From: a virus
Taxonomy: Duplodnaviria > Caudoviricetes
DNA: 64,000 nt
Reading direction: 5' to 3' (one strand)
Virus record (IMG/VR): IMGVR_UViG_2939319381_000001
Location: 1 to 64,000 of that record
Every line of letters begins with the position of its first letter. The stretch's first letter is position 1. The notes under the pieces were generated by a model that saw only the letters and a program-made list of their open reading frames with translations, was not told where the DNA came from and did no database searches. Below are positions 37,783 through 47,147 of this stretch, in pieces. A program made the translations under genes and the position numbers.

Positions 37783-38151
37783 ATGGACACCACCTACCGC
37801 AAGCTCCGCGAAAAGGTACAAGTACTGGCCCGCCACGTCGCCGCCGACGGCGAGACGATCCGCCAGATCGGGCAACGCGCCGACCAGAACGCCCAGAGCG
37901 TCGCCCGCGTCGCCGACGGCCTCGCGAACCTCGAAGTCGACACCCACACGACCGGCGAAGCCAAGGACACCGCGCGCATCATGCTCGGCCTTTCCCAGGC
38001 CGCCCTCGCCACCGCATCAGCCGCAGACAACGTCGCCGCCGCAGCCCGGGCCGCCGACACCCAAGCCCGCCAATCACACGAAGGCATCGACGAGCAGGTC
38101 AACGCCATGACCGTCCCCATGGCCCAAGCCGCCTTCTACACCCAGGAGTAA
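37783..38151 (+). CDS. small helical conjugal transfer accessory protein
   Basis: Ala-rich helical hairpin ending H.G....V...A..FY; directly upstream of the translocase. Confidence 0.7.
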   Translation: MDTTYRKLREKVQVLARHVAADGETIRQIGQRADQNAQSVARVADGLANLEVDTHTTGEAKDTARIMLGLSQAALATASAADNVAAAARAADTQARQSHEGIDEQVNAMTVPMAQAAFYTQE

Positions 38152-38160
38152 CCGACCACC

Positions 38161-40371
38161 ATGTCCCAGATCACCGTGACCCGCCGCCCCCACATCGCCG
38201 ACCAGGTCCCCGCACTCGCCTCGGTGATCGCCCCACCCGCCCTCGGCGCCCTCACCCCGCTCCTGGAGCCCGGGCTCGCCACCCTCACCGCGGCCGCCAC
38301 CGTCTGCGGCAGCGCCGCGTTCGCCACCCACTACATCGGCAAGATCCCCGAGAGCGCCCTCAACGCCACCGGCATCCGCGACGTCCTGAACAGTCAGCGC
38401 TCCACCCTCCTCGGCTCCAGCCTCCTCACCACCATGGCCGCCGCCCCCGCAGCGTTCCTCGGACCCGCCTACACCGACGCCCTCCTCGTCGGCGCCCTGG
38501 ACCCCGCCTCAGTGTCCGGACTCGTCTCCGCCGCCTGGTGGTCGGCATGGGCCGCACTCACCTACAAGCTCCGCCCCGCCCTCGCCGCCCGCAAAATCCG
38601 CATCCCAGCACCCGCCCAAGCGGCCGGCCCCGACACCAGCACCCTTGGCCCCCAGGGCCTCTACAAGGTCTGGGCCGACCACATCTCCGGCGAGAACGGC
38701 GCCCACCCCGGGCAGCACCTCGTCGGCATCACCAACAGCGAAGAAGCCTGGCAGGGCATCGTCGAAGCCCCCCAAGGCAAAGCCGTCAACGTCACCGCCG
38801 AAGCCATCGGGTCCGCCTACCGCGTCCCCGCCGCCTGCGTCACCTTCACCCACGGAGACCACCCCGGCGAGCAGTACGTCACCGTACGCCGCACCCCGCC
38901 GCCCGAACTCGACCCCACCACCATGGAAGGACTGTGGGCCCGCCTGGTCCGCCCGAAGGTCATGCCCGGCACCCACCTCAAGGACGCCCAGGTAGACCCC
39001 GCCACCGGCGGATGGGTCGCATGGGTCGTCGCCGACGATGACGTCCCCTCCGTCCCCGTCCCCGACCGCAAGAACCTCGTCGGCGCCCTCCACTCCTCCA
39101 TGACCCTGGTCGACTACCAGCCCCACGCCTCAGACCCGCGCCGCGGCAAGATCCGCATCATGGAGAAGAACCCCCTCGAGGACGGGGTGCCCTTCCCCGG
39201 CCCGCAGGCACTGGAGCCCTCCAAGGGCGGCTACATCGCCATCGGCCGCGGCGTCTCCGGCCGTGCCGCCCGCCTCCAGCTCTTCGACCCCAAGCTCGGC
39301 GCCCAGCACATTTTTATTGCCGGCGTCACCGGATCCGGCAAGGGAGGCGTCGTCCAGATCGTCGCCCTCGCCGCACACCTCGCCGCCATGGCGATCATCT
39401 ACGCCGACCCGAAGGGCAGCTCCAACCCGGACATCGAGCAGATGGCCGCCTACTCCGCCACCGGCGACAGCACAATCAAGTCGCTGCGTGTCGCTTACGC
39501 CCTGCTCCAGCACCGCATCAGGGAGTCCGCCCGCCTCGGCCGCAAGAACTTCAAGGCCACCACCAAATGCCCGTGGGTCATGGTGATCGTGGACGAAACC
39601 CACATGGTCACCGACGCCTCCACCGAAGAAGGCAAAGAGGCCGTCTTCATCCTCGACAAGATCGCAGCCCTGGGCCGCAGCATGGGCATGACGCTGCTCA
39701 TCGTCAACCAGGCCGTCAACGCCGACAAGCTCGGCGGCAGCACCGCCCTGCGCACCAACGTCATCCAAGGCGGCGCGATGGTCATGCTCCGCACCGACTC
39801 CGCCCAGTCCAACCTCGTCACCGTAGACGGCTTCGAAGGCATCGACCCCGGCGCCATCCCCGCCGCCTGGTCCGCCGAAGACGAACCCCTCGTATGGTCC
39901 GACGACATCCCGCTCAACGACCCAGCCCGCACCTTCGGCCTCGGCTACGTCGGCTCACCCGGCGAACCCGTCCAGATGATGCGCACCTGGATCCTCGAGT
40001 CCGCAGCCCCCCACATCCGCCACGACGCCATCATTTGGCCCGCGGACTGGCCCGCCTGGGAAGACCGCCACGACATCGCCGAGATCCCCGTCATCGGCGA
40101 GAGCGGCTACGTCCCCAGCGGCAGCCCCAGCCCGGGCGGCGACGACTTCATGCCCCCGCTCAGCAGCGGATTCACCAAAGCACCACCAGCGCCCACCGCC
40201 GACGCCGCAGTCCTCGCCTGCCTCGACGACGGGAGCCTTGAAGCCACCAAGGAAGACATCCGTATCCTCACCGGCCTCAACGACAAAACCCTCTCCAACA
40301 CCCTCACCGCCCTGGTGAAGACCGGCGCCATCGACCGGATCAAGCCCGGCCTCTACCGCAAGACCCCATAG
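38161..40371 (+). CDS. TraB/FtsK-SpoIIIE-family conjugative DNA translocase
   Basis: N-terminal TM region; Walker A GVTGSGKG; Walker B VIVDE; GRSMG...NQ motif; C-terminal winged helix. Confidence 0.9.
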   Translation: MSQITVTRRPHIADQVPALASVIAPPALGALTPLLEPGLATLTAAATVCGSAAFATHYIGKIPESALNATGIRDVLNSQRSTLLGSSLLTTMAAAPAAFLGPAYTDALLVGALDPASVSGLVSAAWWSAWAALTYKLRPALAARKIRIPAPAQAAGPDTSTLGPQGLYKVWADHISGENGAHPGQHLVGITNSEEAWQGIVEAPQGKAVNVTAEAIGSAYRVPAACVTFTHGDHPGEQYVTVRRTPPPELDPTTMEGLWARLVRPKVMPGTHLKDAQVDPATGGWVAWVVADDDVPSVPVPDRKNLVGALHSSMTLVDYQPHASDPRRGKIRIMEKNPLEDGVPFPGPQALEPSKGGYIAIGRGVSGRAARLQLFDPKLGAQHIFIAGVTGSGKGGVVQIVALAAHLAAMAIIYADPKGSSNPDIEQMAAYSATGDSTIKSLRVAYALLQHRIRESARLGRKNFKATTKCPWVMVIVDETHMVTDASTEEGKEAVFILDKIAALGRSMGMTLLIVNQAVNADKLGGSTALRTNVIQGGAMVMLRTDSAQSNLVTVDGFEGIDPGAIPAAWSAEDEPLVWSDDIPLNDPARTFGLGYVGSPGEPVQMMRTWILESAAPHIRHDAIIWPADWPAWEDRHDIAEIPVIGESGYVPSGSPSPGGDDFMPPLSSGFTKAPPAPTADAAVLACLDDGSLEATKEDIRILTGLNDKTLSNTLTALVKTGAIDRIKPGLYRKTP

Positions 40372-40384
40372 AAGGGAGACCTCC

Positions 40385-40795
40385 ATGCTTACCGACCTGA
40401 AGACCCAAGCGCACCGCGCGACCGCCCAGCCCCGCCCAGACGCACGAGCCGTACAAGCCCTGACCCAGCAAGTCGAAGCGGTCTACGCCGCCGGCCCGAC
40501 CGGCTACCCGGAACCCAACGTCCGCCACACCCTGCGCAACGCCCGCGAACTGATCATTCGCTACGGCTGGACCCGCGGAACCCTCTGCGACCACCGAGGA
40601 CTCTGCCTCCTCGGATCGATCCAGGCCGCCGCCCTCACCTACGACCCCGCCCTCTGGGCAAGGGAGGTCCAGGCCGCCGAGCTGCAGCTCATGAACACCC
40701 TCAACACCCGCGACCCCCACGACCTCGCCCGCTACAACAACGCCCAGCACTGGGCCGGCCCCGTCCTCGACCTCCTGCTCCGAGCTGCCCGCTGA
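40385..40795 (+). CDS. DUF6197-like protein
   Basis: RYGWTRG...CLLGSI...YN motif. Confidence 0.6.
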   Translation: MLTDLKTQAHRATAQPRPDARAVQALTQQVEAVYAAGPTGYPEPNVRHTLRNARELIIRYGWTRGTLCDHRGLCLLGSIQAAALTYDPALWAREVQAAELQLMNTLNTRDPHDLARYNNAQHWAGPVLDLLLRAAR

Positions 40796-40852
40796 ACCAG
40801 TCGAGCCCCGCAACCCGTGCGCGTACGGGGCTCGACTGCGCGACCATGAAGC

Positions 40853-41305
40853 ATGGACTCGACCGACATTCAGGCGCCCTGCAACTGCGGCGCCTTGGCC
40901 GCCCACCCACGCAACCCGAACTGCGCCCACAGGTCGACGGTCGAGTTCGAAGTTGCCGGCCAGCGCTCGGCCTGCCTTGAGGTCATCGGCTTCCTCCGTA
41001 CCGGCTACGACGTGGACATCACCCACGACTGGCAGGACCCGGCCACCGAGCAGTGGGCATTCAAGCTCGACGCCTCCCGGAAACTCATGGCCCCCCTCCC
41101 CGCGGTTACCGTCCCCGAGCCCCCCACCCCAGAGACCGCCGTACTCGCCTGCCTCGCCGACCCTCTCGGCGTGGAGATGAGCGACAGCGACCTGCACATC
41201 CTCACCGGCCTCGACCAGGCAACCCTGGCCAACACCCTGACCACCCTGGTCGGCAGCGGCGAAGTCGAACGGGTCGGGCCTGGCCTCTACCGCAAGAACG
41301 CCTAA
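40853..41305 (+). CDS. protein ending in a paralogue of the TraB winged helix
   Basis: C-terminus aligns by eye with the TraB C-terminus. Confidence 0.7.
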   Translation: MDSTDIQAPCNCGALAAHPRNPNCAHRSTVEFEVAGQRSACLEVIGFLRTGYDVDITHDWQDPATEQWAFKLDASRKLMAPLPAVTVPEPPTPETAVLACLADPLGVEMSDSDLHILTGLDQATLANTLTTLVGSGEVERVGPGLYRKNA

Positions 41306-41402
41306 CCGCAGCGACTCAAGCGACCGGGGCAGCCAGATAGCTAACGGCCCGGACACTGCAAGAGAGTGACCCGCCCGGTACGCCACCAGCAACAGGAGAG
41401 CC

Positions 41403-41795
41403 ATGGAACCCGCCCAGACCACCCCGACCGACTGCATCTTCTGCTCCATCGTCGCTGGCGACGCCCCCGCGACCATCCTGCGCGAGTGGGACGACACCAT
41501 CGCCATCAAGCCCCGCGGCGGCGTCAACGACGGCCACACCCTCGTCATCCCGCGTACCCACGTAGCCGACGCGGTCGAAGACCCCGGCGTGAGCGCAGCC
41601 ACCATGCGCCGCGCCTGCCAGTACGCCCGCGAACTCGGCAACCTCAACGTCATCACCAGCGTCGGCCCGGACGCTACACAGACCGTCTACCACCTGCACC
41701 TGCACATCGTCCCGCGCACCGCAGGCGATGGCCTGCCACTGCCGTGGACCCCGCAGCAGGAAGCCCTCGCCGCCGCGAAGGGCACACGGGCGTGA
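41403..41795 (+). CDS. HIT-family nucleotide hydrolase
   Basis: DCIFCSIV, GHTLVIPRTH and QTVYHLHLHIVPR. Confidence 0.95.
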   Translation: MEPAQTTPTDCIFCSIVAGDAPATILREWDDTIAIKPRGGVNDGHTLVIPRTHVADAVEDPGVSAATMRRACQYARELGNLNVITSVGPDATQTVYHLHLHIVPRTAGDGLPLPWTPQQEALAAAKGTRA

Positions 41796-42286
41796 CCGCC
41801 AACCTCGTCATGGCACGCGAGACCCTGCCTCTCGGACCGTCCGTGTTCCTCGCCGGCCCCACCCCAGACCCCAGCAACCCGGTCCCATCGTGGCGCCCCG
41901 CCGCCCTGAAGATCCTGACCGATCTCTGGGCCGGACCACAGACCCTGACCGTTCTGAGCCCCGAGTCCCGCAACGGCACACGCGCCGCCCGGTACGAAGA
42001 CCAGGTCGACTGGGAGACCGCCGCCCGGGCCAGCGCCGACGCGATCCTCTTCTGGATCCCCAGAGACCTCAAGACGATGCCCGGCATGACCACCAACGTC
42101 GAATTCGGCCTGGACGTCACCAGCGGCAAGGCCGTCCTCGGATGCCCGCCGAACTGCCCCAACCCCGAGCGGAACAGATACCTCATCTACGTCGCCCGCC
42201 GACACAACGTCCCCGTCACCGAGACCCTGCAGGACGCAGCCGCCGCAGCGCTGAAACTCATGGGCGCCTCCCGTACGACCAGGTGA
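41792..42286 (+). CDS. nucleoside 2-deoxyribosyltransferase-like protein
   Basis: VFLAGP...SWR...QVDWE...ADAILFWIP...TTNVEFG. Confidence 0.85.
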   Translation: MTANLVMARETLPLGPSVFLAGPTPDPSNPVPSWRPAALKILTDLWAGPQTLTVLSPESRNGTRAARYEDQVDWETAARASADAILFWIPRDLKTMPGMTTNVEFGLDVTSGKAVLGCPPNCPNPERNRYLIYVARRHNVPVTETLQDAAAAALKLMGASRTTR

Positions 42287-42515
42287 ACCGAGGTGAGGGG
42301 GGATCCGGGGGAAGGGCAGCCCGGACAAAACCCGATTCGTACGCCACGCTTGAACTGCACGGCCGGTCAGGGAGCCCCGGTGTCCCCGCGCCCACTCCCC
42401 GACCGGCCGAGCCCCCGAACCGCGCCGCCCGGCCCCCAGCCACCAGCGGCGCACAACGGCCCCCTCCAGAACCCGAGGCCTGGAGGGGGCCGCCGCATGT
42501 TCGGGACGTCGCCGA

Positions 42516-42962
42516 CTACGCCACGTCAGGGCGAGCCCGGAACCACGCCACCATCTGCTGCAACGGCTCCGACACCGCGAACCCGTTCCCCTTCGCCCCC
42601 AGGTTGTCCAGCCCGTAGTACTCCGCCCGCTGACGGGCCGTCTCCACAAACCCGATCGGCTCCGCGAACAACTCCCGGTCCTGCGCGCGCATCGCCGCCA
42701 TCACCTCCCCAGCGGCCGCCAGCTTCGCCGACACCAACTCCTGGCACTCCTCAGCCGTCTCGCAGCCCGGCGCCGCAGCCTCGTGGTACAGGTCCAGGGC
42801 CTCCCGCACCCCCATCACCCGCGCAGCCTCCGTCACGGACGGGCTCGCCGAACTCCCCGCTACACCACCACCGCCACCGCCACCGGCATCCGACCCGCAC
42901 CCAGCCGCACCCAACGCCACCACCACGGCGACAACCAACCCCACCCCACGCATCAGCCTCAT
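42516..42962 (-). CDS. lipoprotein
   Basis: Signal peptide with lipobox-like LGAAGC; Gly/Ser linker; helical domain. Confidence 0.7.
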   Translation of the reverse strand: MRLMRGVGLVVAVVVALGAAGCGSDAGGGGGGGVAGSSASPSVTEAARVMGVREALDLYHEAAAPGCETAEECQELVSAKLAAAGEVMAAMRAQDRELFAEPIGFVETARQRAEYYGLDNLGAKGNGFAVSEPLQQMVAWFRARPDVA

Positions 42963-43032
42963 GCCGCGCAGGATGGCACCTCCGACCGGGCAGGGGGAAG
43001 GAAAAGCCGGACATCGGGGATCATCAGTAACA

Positions 43033-43044
43033 GGCGCGGGGCCT
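43033..43044 (+). promoter_or_regulatory. GGCGCGGGGCCT motif upstream of terS
   Basis: Identical 12-mer also at 45182 and 47109. Confidence 0.6.
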
Positions 43045-43082
43045 AACGATGACCAACCACACACAGCGGGAGCCCCACCGCC

Positions 43083-43619
43083 ATGACACAAGGACGACTC
43101 GTCGAAGCCGAGACCGCCGCCCGCCGCGCCAAGCTCCTCAAGCTGCGCCGGCAAGGCATCCCGTACGACGACCCCCGCATCATGGACCTCGGCTACGCCA
43201 CCTCCGGCGCCGCACGCAAGGACCTCACCCGCGCCCTCCAGCACCACCACGAAGAAGAAGCCGCCGAGGCCAGCGTCTACCGCCAGCAGGAAAACGAACG
43301 CCTCGACGCACTCCTCACAGCCGTCTGGGACAAGGCCACCACCCCCAGCCCCGTCTTCGACAAGGACCACGAGATCGTCGACCACGTCATCGACCTCAAG
43401 GCCGTCGACACCGTCCTCAAGCTCATGGACCGCCGCGCCAAGCTCAACGGCCTGGACATGCCCGTCAGGGCCGAACTGTCGGGACCGGACGGCGGACCGA
43501 TGCAACTCGGACCCGTGAGCGAGGCGGAGCTGGAGGTCCTCATGAGTCTTGGCCGAAGCGCCGCCCAGCGCCAGGGCGACGCGGAGGAGGAAGCAGACGG
43601 CGATACCGATGAAGGGTGA
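43083..43619 (+). CDS. terS: terminase small subunit
   Basis: LRRQGIPY HTH...ERLDALL...MDRRAKLNGLDMP...ELSGPDGGP; precedes terL. Confidence 0.88.
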   Translation: MTQGRLVEAETAARRAKLLKLRRQGIPYDDPRIMDLGYATSGAARKDLTRALQHHHEEEAAEASVYRQQENERLDALLTAVWDKATTPSPVFDKDHEIVDHVIDLKAVDTVLKLMDRRAKLNGLDMPVRAELSGPDGGPMQLGPVSEAELEVLMSLGRSAAQRQGDAEEEADGDTDEG

Positions 43620-45138
43620 AACCCTTCTCCGCACCTACGGCACCCTCCCAGACCAGCAGCGCCTCGAGATAGCGCGGTCCGCATCGCCGGAGCTCCGGAT
43701 CCAGCTGGTCGCCATCGAGCGCAGCATGGCCATGGACCGGTCGCCCGGCGCCCTGTCCAGCGTGCTCACCGGCGGCCGCGAAATGCAGGCACCCCACCTC
43801 GACATCATCGACCGCATCTACCAGCGGATCGCGGCCGGCGAGCGCCTCAAGGTCATGGTCACCATGCCTCCGCGCGCGGGAAAGTCCCGGCGCACATCCC
43901 GCTGGGGCCCCGTCTGGTACCTGCGCAAGCAGCCCGACCACCGGTTCATGCTCGCCTCGTACGCCGCGCACCTCGCCGACGACCACGGCCGCTGGGTCCG
44001 CAACACCATCACCGAGCACGCCTCCACCCTCGGCATCAGCCTGAAGTACGGATCGCAGGCGGCGAACCGGTTCGACATCGACCGCCACGAGGGCGGCATG
44101 GTCACCGCCGGTGTTGGAGGGGCGCTGACAGGCCGCGGCGCCCACGTAGCAGCCGTGGACGACCCCTTCAAGGGTTCCGAGGACGCCGGGTCGCCCACCA
44201 TGCGCGACCGCGTGTGGGACTGGTGGCAGGCCGTCCTCCTCACCCGCCTCGAACCCCAAGGCTCCGTCCTCCTCGTGAACACGCGGTGGGACGACGACGA
44301 CCTCTCCGGTCGGCTTCTCAAGGAGGAGCCCGACGACTGGATCGTCATCGACCTCCCCGCCATTGCCCTCACCGCCGACGACCCCCTCGGCCGGCAGCCT
44401 GGCGAAGCGCTCTGGCCGACCCGGTTCTCCGCAGAGGACTACGCCCGCATCCGTAAGAGCGTCGGCGAACGAGTCTGGTGGTCCCTGTACCAGCAGCAGC
44501 CCCGCCCCCTGGAAGGCGGTGTCTGGCAGTGGTCCTGGATCACAGGCAACCGCGTCAGTTCCGTCGCGTTCCGCGGCGTCGACCTCGCCCGCATCGTGGT
44601 GGCCATCGACCCGTCCGGCGGATCCGGCCGGACCAACGACGAGACCGGCATCGTCGCCGCCGCCCGGGACACCGACAGCGACCTGTACGTCCTGGCCGAC
44701 AAGTCCGGCCGCCACGGCGCCAACGCCTGGGGGCGAGAGGCCTGCCTCCTCGCCATCGAACTGGGCGCGGACGCGTTCGTTGTCGAGACGAACTTCGGCG
44801 GCGACATGACCCGCCAGGTCCTCCTCCAAGCCTGGGCCGAACTCCAACGCGAGAGCCGGACCGGGGGCATGGCGATGCCGCGCATCGTCGAAGTCAACGC
44901 CAAACAGGGCAAAAGGCTCCGCGCCGAACCGATCGCCCAGCTCTACGAACAGGGAGCCGTCCACCACATCGGTGAGTTCCCCGAGCTTGAGCGGCAGATG
45001 GTCACCTGGATCCCCGGCATGGACTCCCCGGACCGCATGGACGCCGGAGTGCACGCCCTCACCGAGCTCGCCAACCCGGGCGCCGGCTCCACCGGGAGCA
45101 GCCCGTACAGCGACCAGCGTCTCGCTGGCCGCCGCTGA
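43609..45138 (+). CDS. terL: terminase large subunit
   Basis: MPPRAGKS Walker A, VDDP Walker B, YQQQP, VAIDPS and SPDRMDA nuclease motifs. Confidence 0.97.
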   Translation: MKGETLLRTYGTLPDQQRLEIARSASPELRIQLVAIERSMAMDRSPGALSSVLTGGREMQAPHLDIIDRIYQRIAAGERLKVMVTMPPRAGKSRRTSRWGPVWYLRKQPDHRFMLASYAAHLADDHGRWVRNTITEHASTLGISLKYGSQAANRFDIDRHEGGMVTAGVGGALTGRGAHVAAVDDPFKGSEDAGSPTMRDRVWDWWQAVLLTRLEPQGSVLLVNTRWDDDDLSGRLLKEEPDDWIVIDLPAIALTADDPLGRQPGEALWPTRFSAEDYARIRKSVGERVWWSLYQQQPRPLEGGVWQWSWITGNRVSSVAFRGVDLARIVVAIDPSGGSGRTNDETGIVAAARDTDSDLYVLADKSGRHGANAWGREACLLAIELGADAFVVETNFGGDMTRQVLLQAWAELQRESRTGGMAMPRIVEVNAKQGKRLRAEPIAQLYEQGAVHHIGEFPELERQMVTWIPGMDSPDRMDAGVHALTELANPGAGSTGSSPYSDQRLAGRR

Positions 45139-45213
45139 GCGGGGGGAACGGCCCGGCCTCGCGCCCGTACGCTGAGATCATGGCGCGGGGCCTGGTGTGA
45201 AGAGGTGCGCCCC

Positions 45214-47082
45214 GTGGGCCTGAAGAACGTAGTCATCGACGCCTGGTCGTGGCTGAACTACAAGCCGATCTTCAGCGACCCCACCCTCGGCATGCCGCAC
45301 CGCCGCGCGTTCCCCGAAGCGCACGCCACCTGGGTACCCGCCGAGGACGAACGCCGCCTGTCCGCGTACAAGCTCCTCGGCGCGTACGACAACAACCAGG
45401 CCGCCGAACTCGCCGAACTCCGCGACGGCCCGTCAGCCCGGGAGCGCCGCGAGTACGGCGACCCGTCCATGTTCATCGACACGCTCGTCGCGCACGTCAT
45501 GGGCCGCGAGCAGCACATCGTCGTCCCCGGCGCCGAGCAGACCGACGCGGACAACGAGACCGCGGCCGCCGCAGCCGAACGCGTCCAAGACCTCCTCCGC
45601 GAGTGGGCCGAGGACGAACTCCTCCCCATGCGGATACTCCAGTGCGAACGCAAGGCCGTCGGCCTCGGCGACGGGGTTTACCTCCTCGCCTGGGACCCCG
45701 ACAAGCAGCGCCCCCGCCTCAAGACCTACGACCCGGGCTTCTACTTCCCCGTCATCCCCGAGGACGGTGACGGGGCCGACTTCCCCGAGCGCATCCACCT
45801 CGCCTGGGAACTCCCCGAGGACAAGGCCCGCGGGCTCAAGCCCCGCCTGCGCCGCATCACGTACGAGATGGACTGGATCGGCCCCGCCACCGCATCCGGC
45901 GTCGACCGCGAAGGCCGCCCTGTACGCGCCCCCGTCATGGCCGACCCCACGGACGACAGCCCTGCGGTGCCGCTCATCGGCCGCGGCGACCAGGTCGACA
46001 GCAGCGGCGGGATCAGCCGCCTGTACCCGTGGAACGACCGGCCGACGTACCGCACCTGCTACCTCACCGACGCCACCTGGGACCTCGGCGACCTCAAGGC
46101 CCACCACGACGTCGACAACCTCCCAGCCGAACACGCCCGCTACGCCACCAGCAGCTTCGGCGAGGTCCTCGACCGCCTGGACCTGTACGTGGACTTCATT
46201 CCCGTCGTCCACACCCCGAACACCGTGCCCCCCGCCGAGGAGCACTGGGGGCAGAGCAGCCTCGCCAAGCCGCTGCAGGTCTTCGACGAGCTCGTCTCCA
46301 CCGACACCGACGCCGCCCGGGCCTCCGCCACCACCGGCCTCCCCATGATTGGCATCTCCGGCGTCACCGACCCCAAGCAGCAGTACGGTGTCGGCCCAGG
46401 CACCGTCTTCAAGCTCGGGGAGACCGGCAAGCTCACCACCATCGACACCTCCCCGGCCCTCAAGGAACTCCGAGCCCGCAGCCAGGAGCTGTCCGACCGG
46501 GCCGCCAACGTCGCCCGGCTTCCCGCCGTGTCCCTCGGCACCATGGACCCCTCCAAGGTGCCCTCCGGATACGCCCTCGAACTGTCCCTCGGCCCGCTCG
46601 ACTCCCTCATCTCCGGGATGCGCCTCGCCCGCGCCCACAAGGACATGCTCCTGCTGCGCTTCGTCCAGCGCCTGTTCCTCGCCGGGCAGCACCCCGACTG
46701 GGCCGGAATCACCCCGCTCCCCGCGAAGCTCGTCCGCGGCCCCTACACCCCGACCGACAAGGGCGCGGTGCTCGAGCAGGTCACCACCGCCTACCAGGCG
46801 AAGGTCATCAGCCTCGAGACCGCGCTCCGGATGCTCACCGAGGCCGGGTGGCCGATCGACGACGCGGAGAAGGAGATCGAGCAGATCCAGGCCCGATCCT
46901 TCGAGGACGCCCGCCTCCTGGCCGACGCCCTCGGCAACGCCGAAGAGGTCGCGAACTTCCTCGGCCGGAAGGCCCCCGAAACCAGGCAGGCACCCGCCCC
47001 GAACCTGCCGCCCGTCACCGGCGAGGACGACGAGGAGAACCCGTTGGCCGAGCAGCCCGAGGGAAGCGGGGGGAACGAATGA
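45214..47082 (+). CDS. portal protein
   Basis: Position after terL; PVVHTPN...WGQSSL; SGYAL...; ISLETAL motifs. Confidence 0.85.
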   Translation: MGLKNVVIDAWSWLNYKPIFSDPTLGMPHRRAFPEAHATWVPAEDERRLSAYKLLGAYDNNQAAELAELRDGPSARERREYGDPSMFIDTLVAHVMGREQHIVVPGAEQTDADNETAAAAAERVQDLLREWAEDELLPMRILQCERKAVGLGDGVYLLAWDPDKQRPRLKTYDPGFYFPVIPEDGDGADFPERIHLAWELPEDKARGLKPRLRRITYEMDWIGPATASGVDREGRPVRAPVMADPTDDSPAVPLIGRGDQVDSSGGISRLYPWNDRPTYRTCYLTDATWDLGDLKAHHDVDNLPAEHARYATSSFGEVLDRLDLYVDFIPVVHTPNTVPPAEEHWGQSSLAKPLQVFDELVSTDTDAARASATTGLPMIGISGVTDPKQQYGVGPGTVFKLGETGKLTTIDTSPALKELRARSQELSDRAANVARLPAVSLGTMDPSKVPSGYALELSLGPLDSLISGMRLARAHKDMLLLRFVQRLFLAGQHPDWAGITPLPAKLVRGPYTPTDKGAVLEQVTTAYQAKVISLETALRMLTEAGWPIDDAEKEIEQIQARSFEDARLLADALGNAEEVANFLGRKAPETRQAPAPNLPPVTGEDDEENPLAEQPEGSGGNE

Positions 47083-47147
47083 CCGCAGGCGTGCTTTCCT
47101 TGGATCAAGGCGCGGGGCCTGGTACGAGTCTGGGAGGACTTGCGCTC

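Noticed and set aside
43046-43055. 10-nt match (ACGATGACCA) to the predicted TnpB guide upstream of terS; 11-nt match near 62336
   Set aside because: Too short, and explained by common ATGACC gene starts
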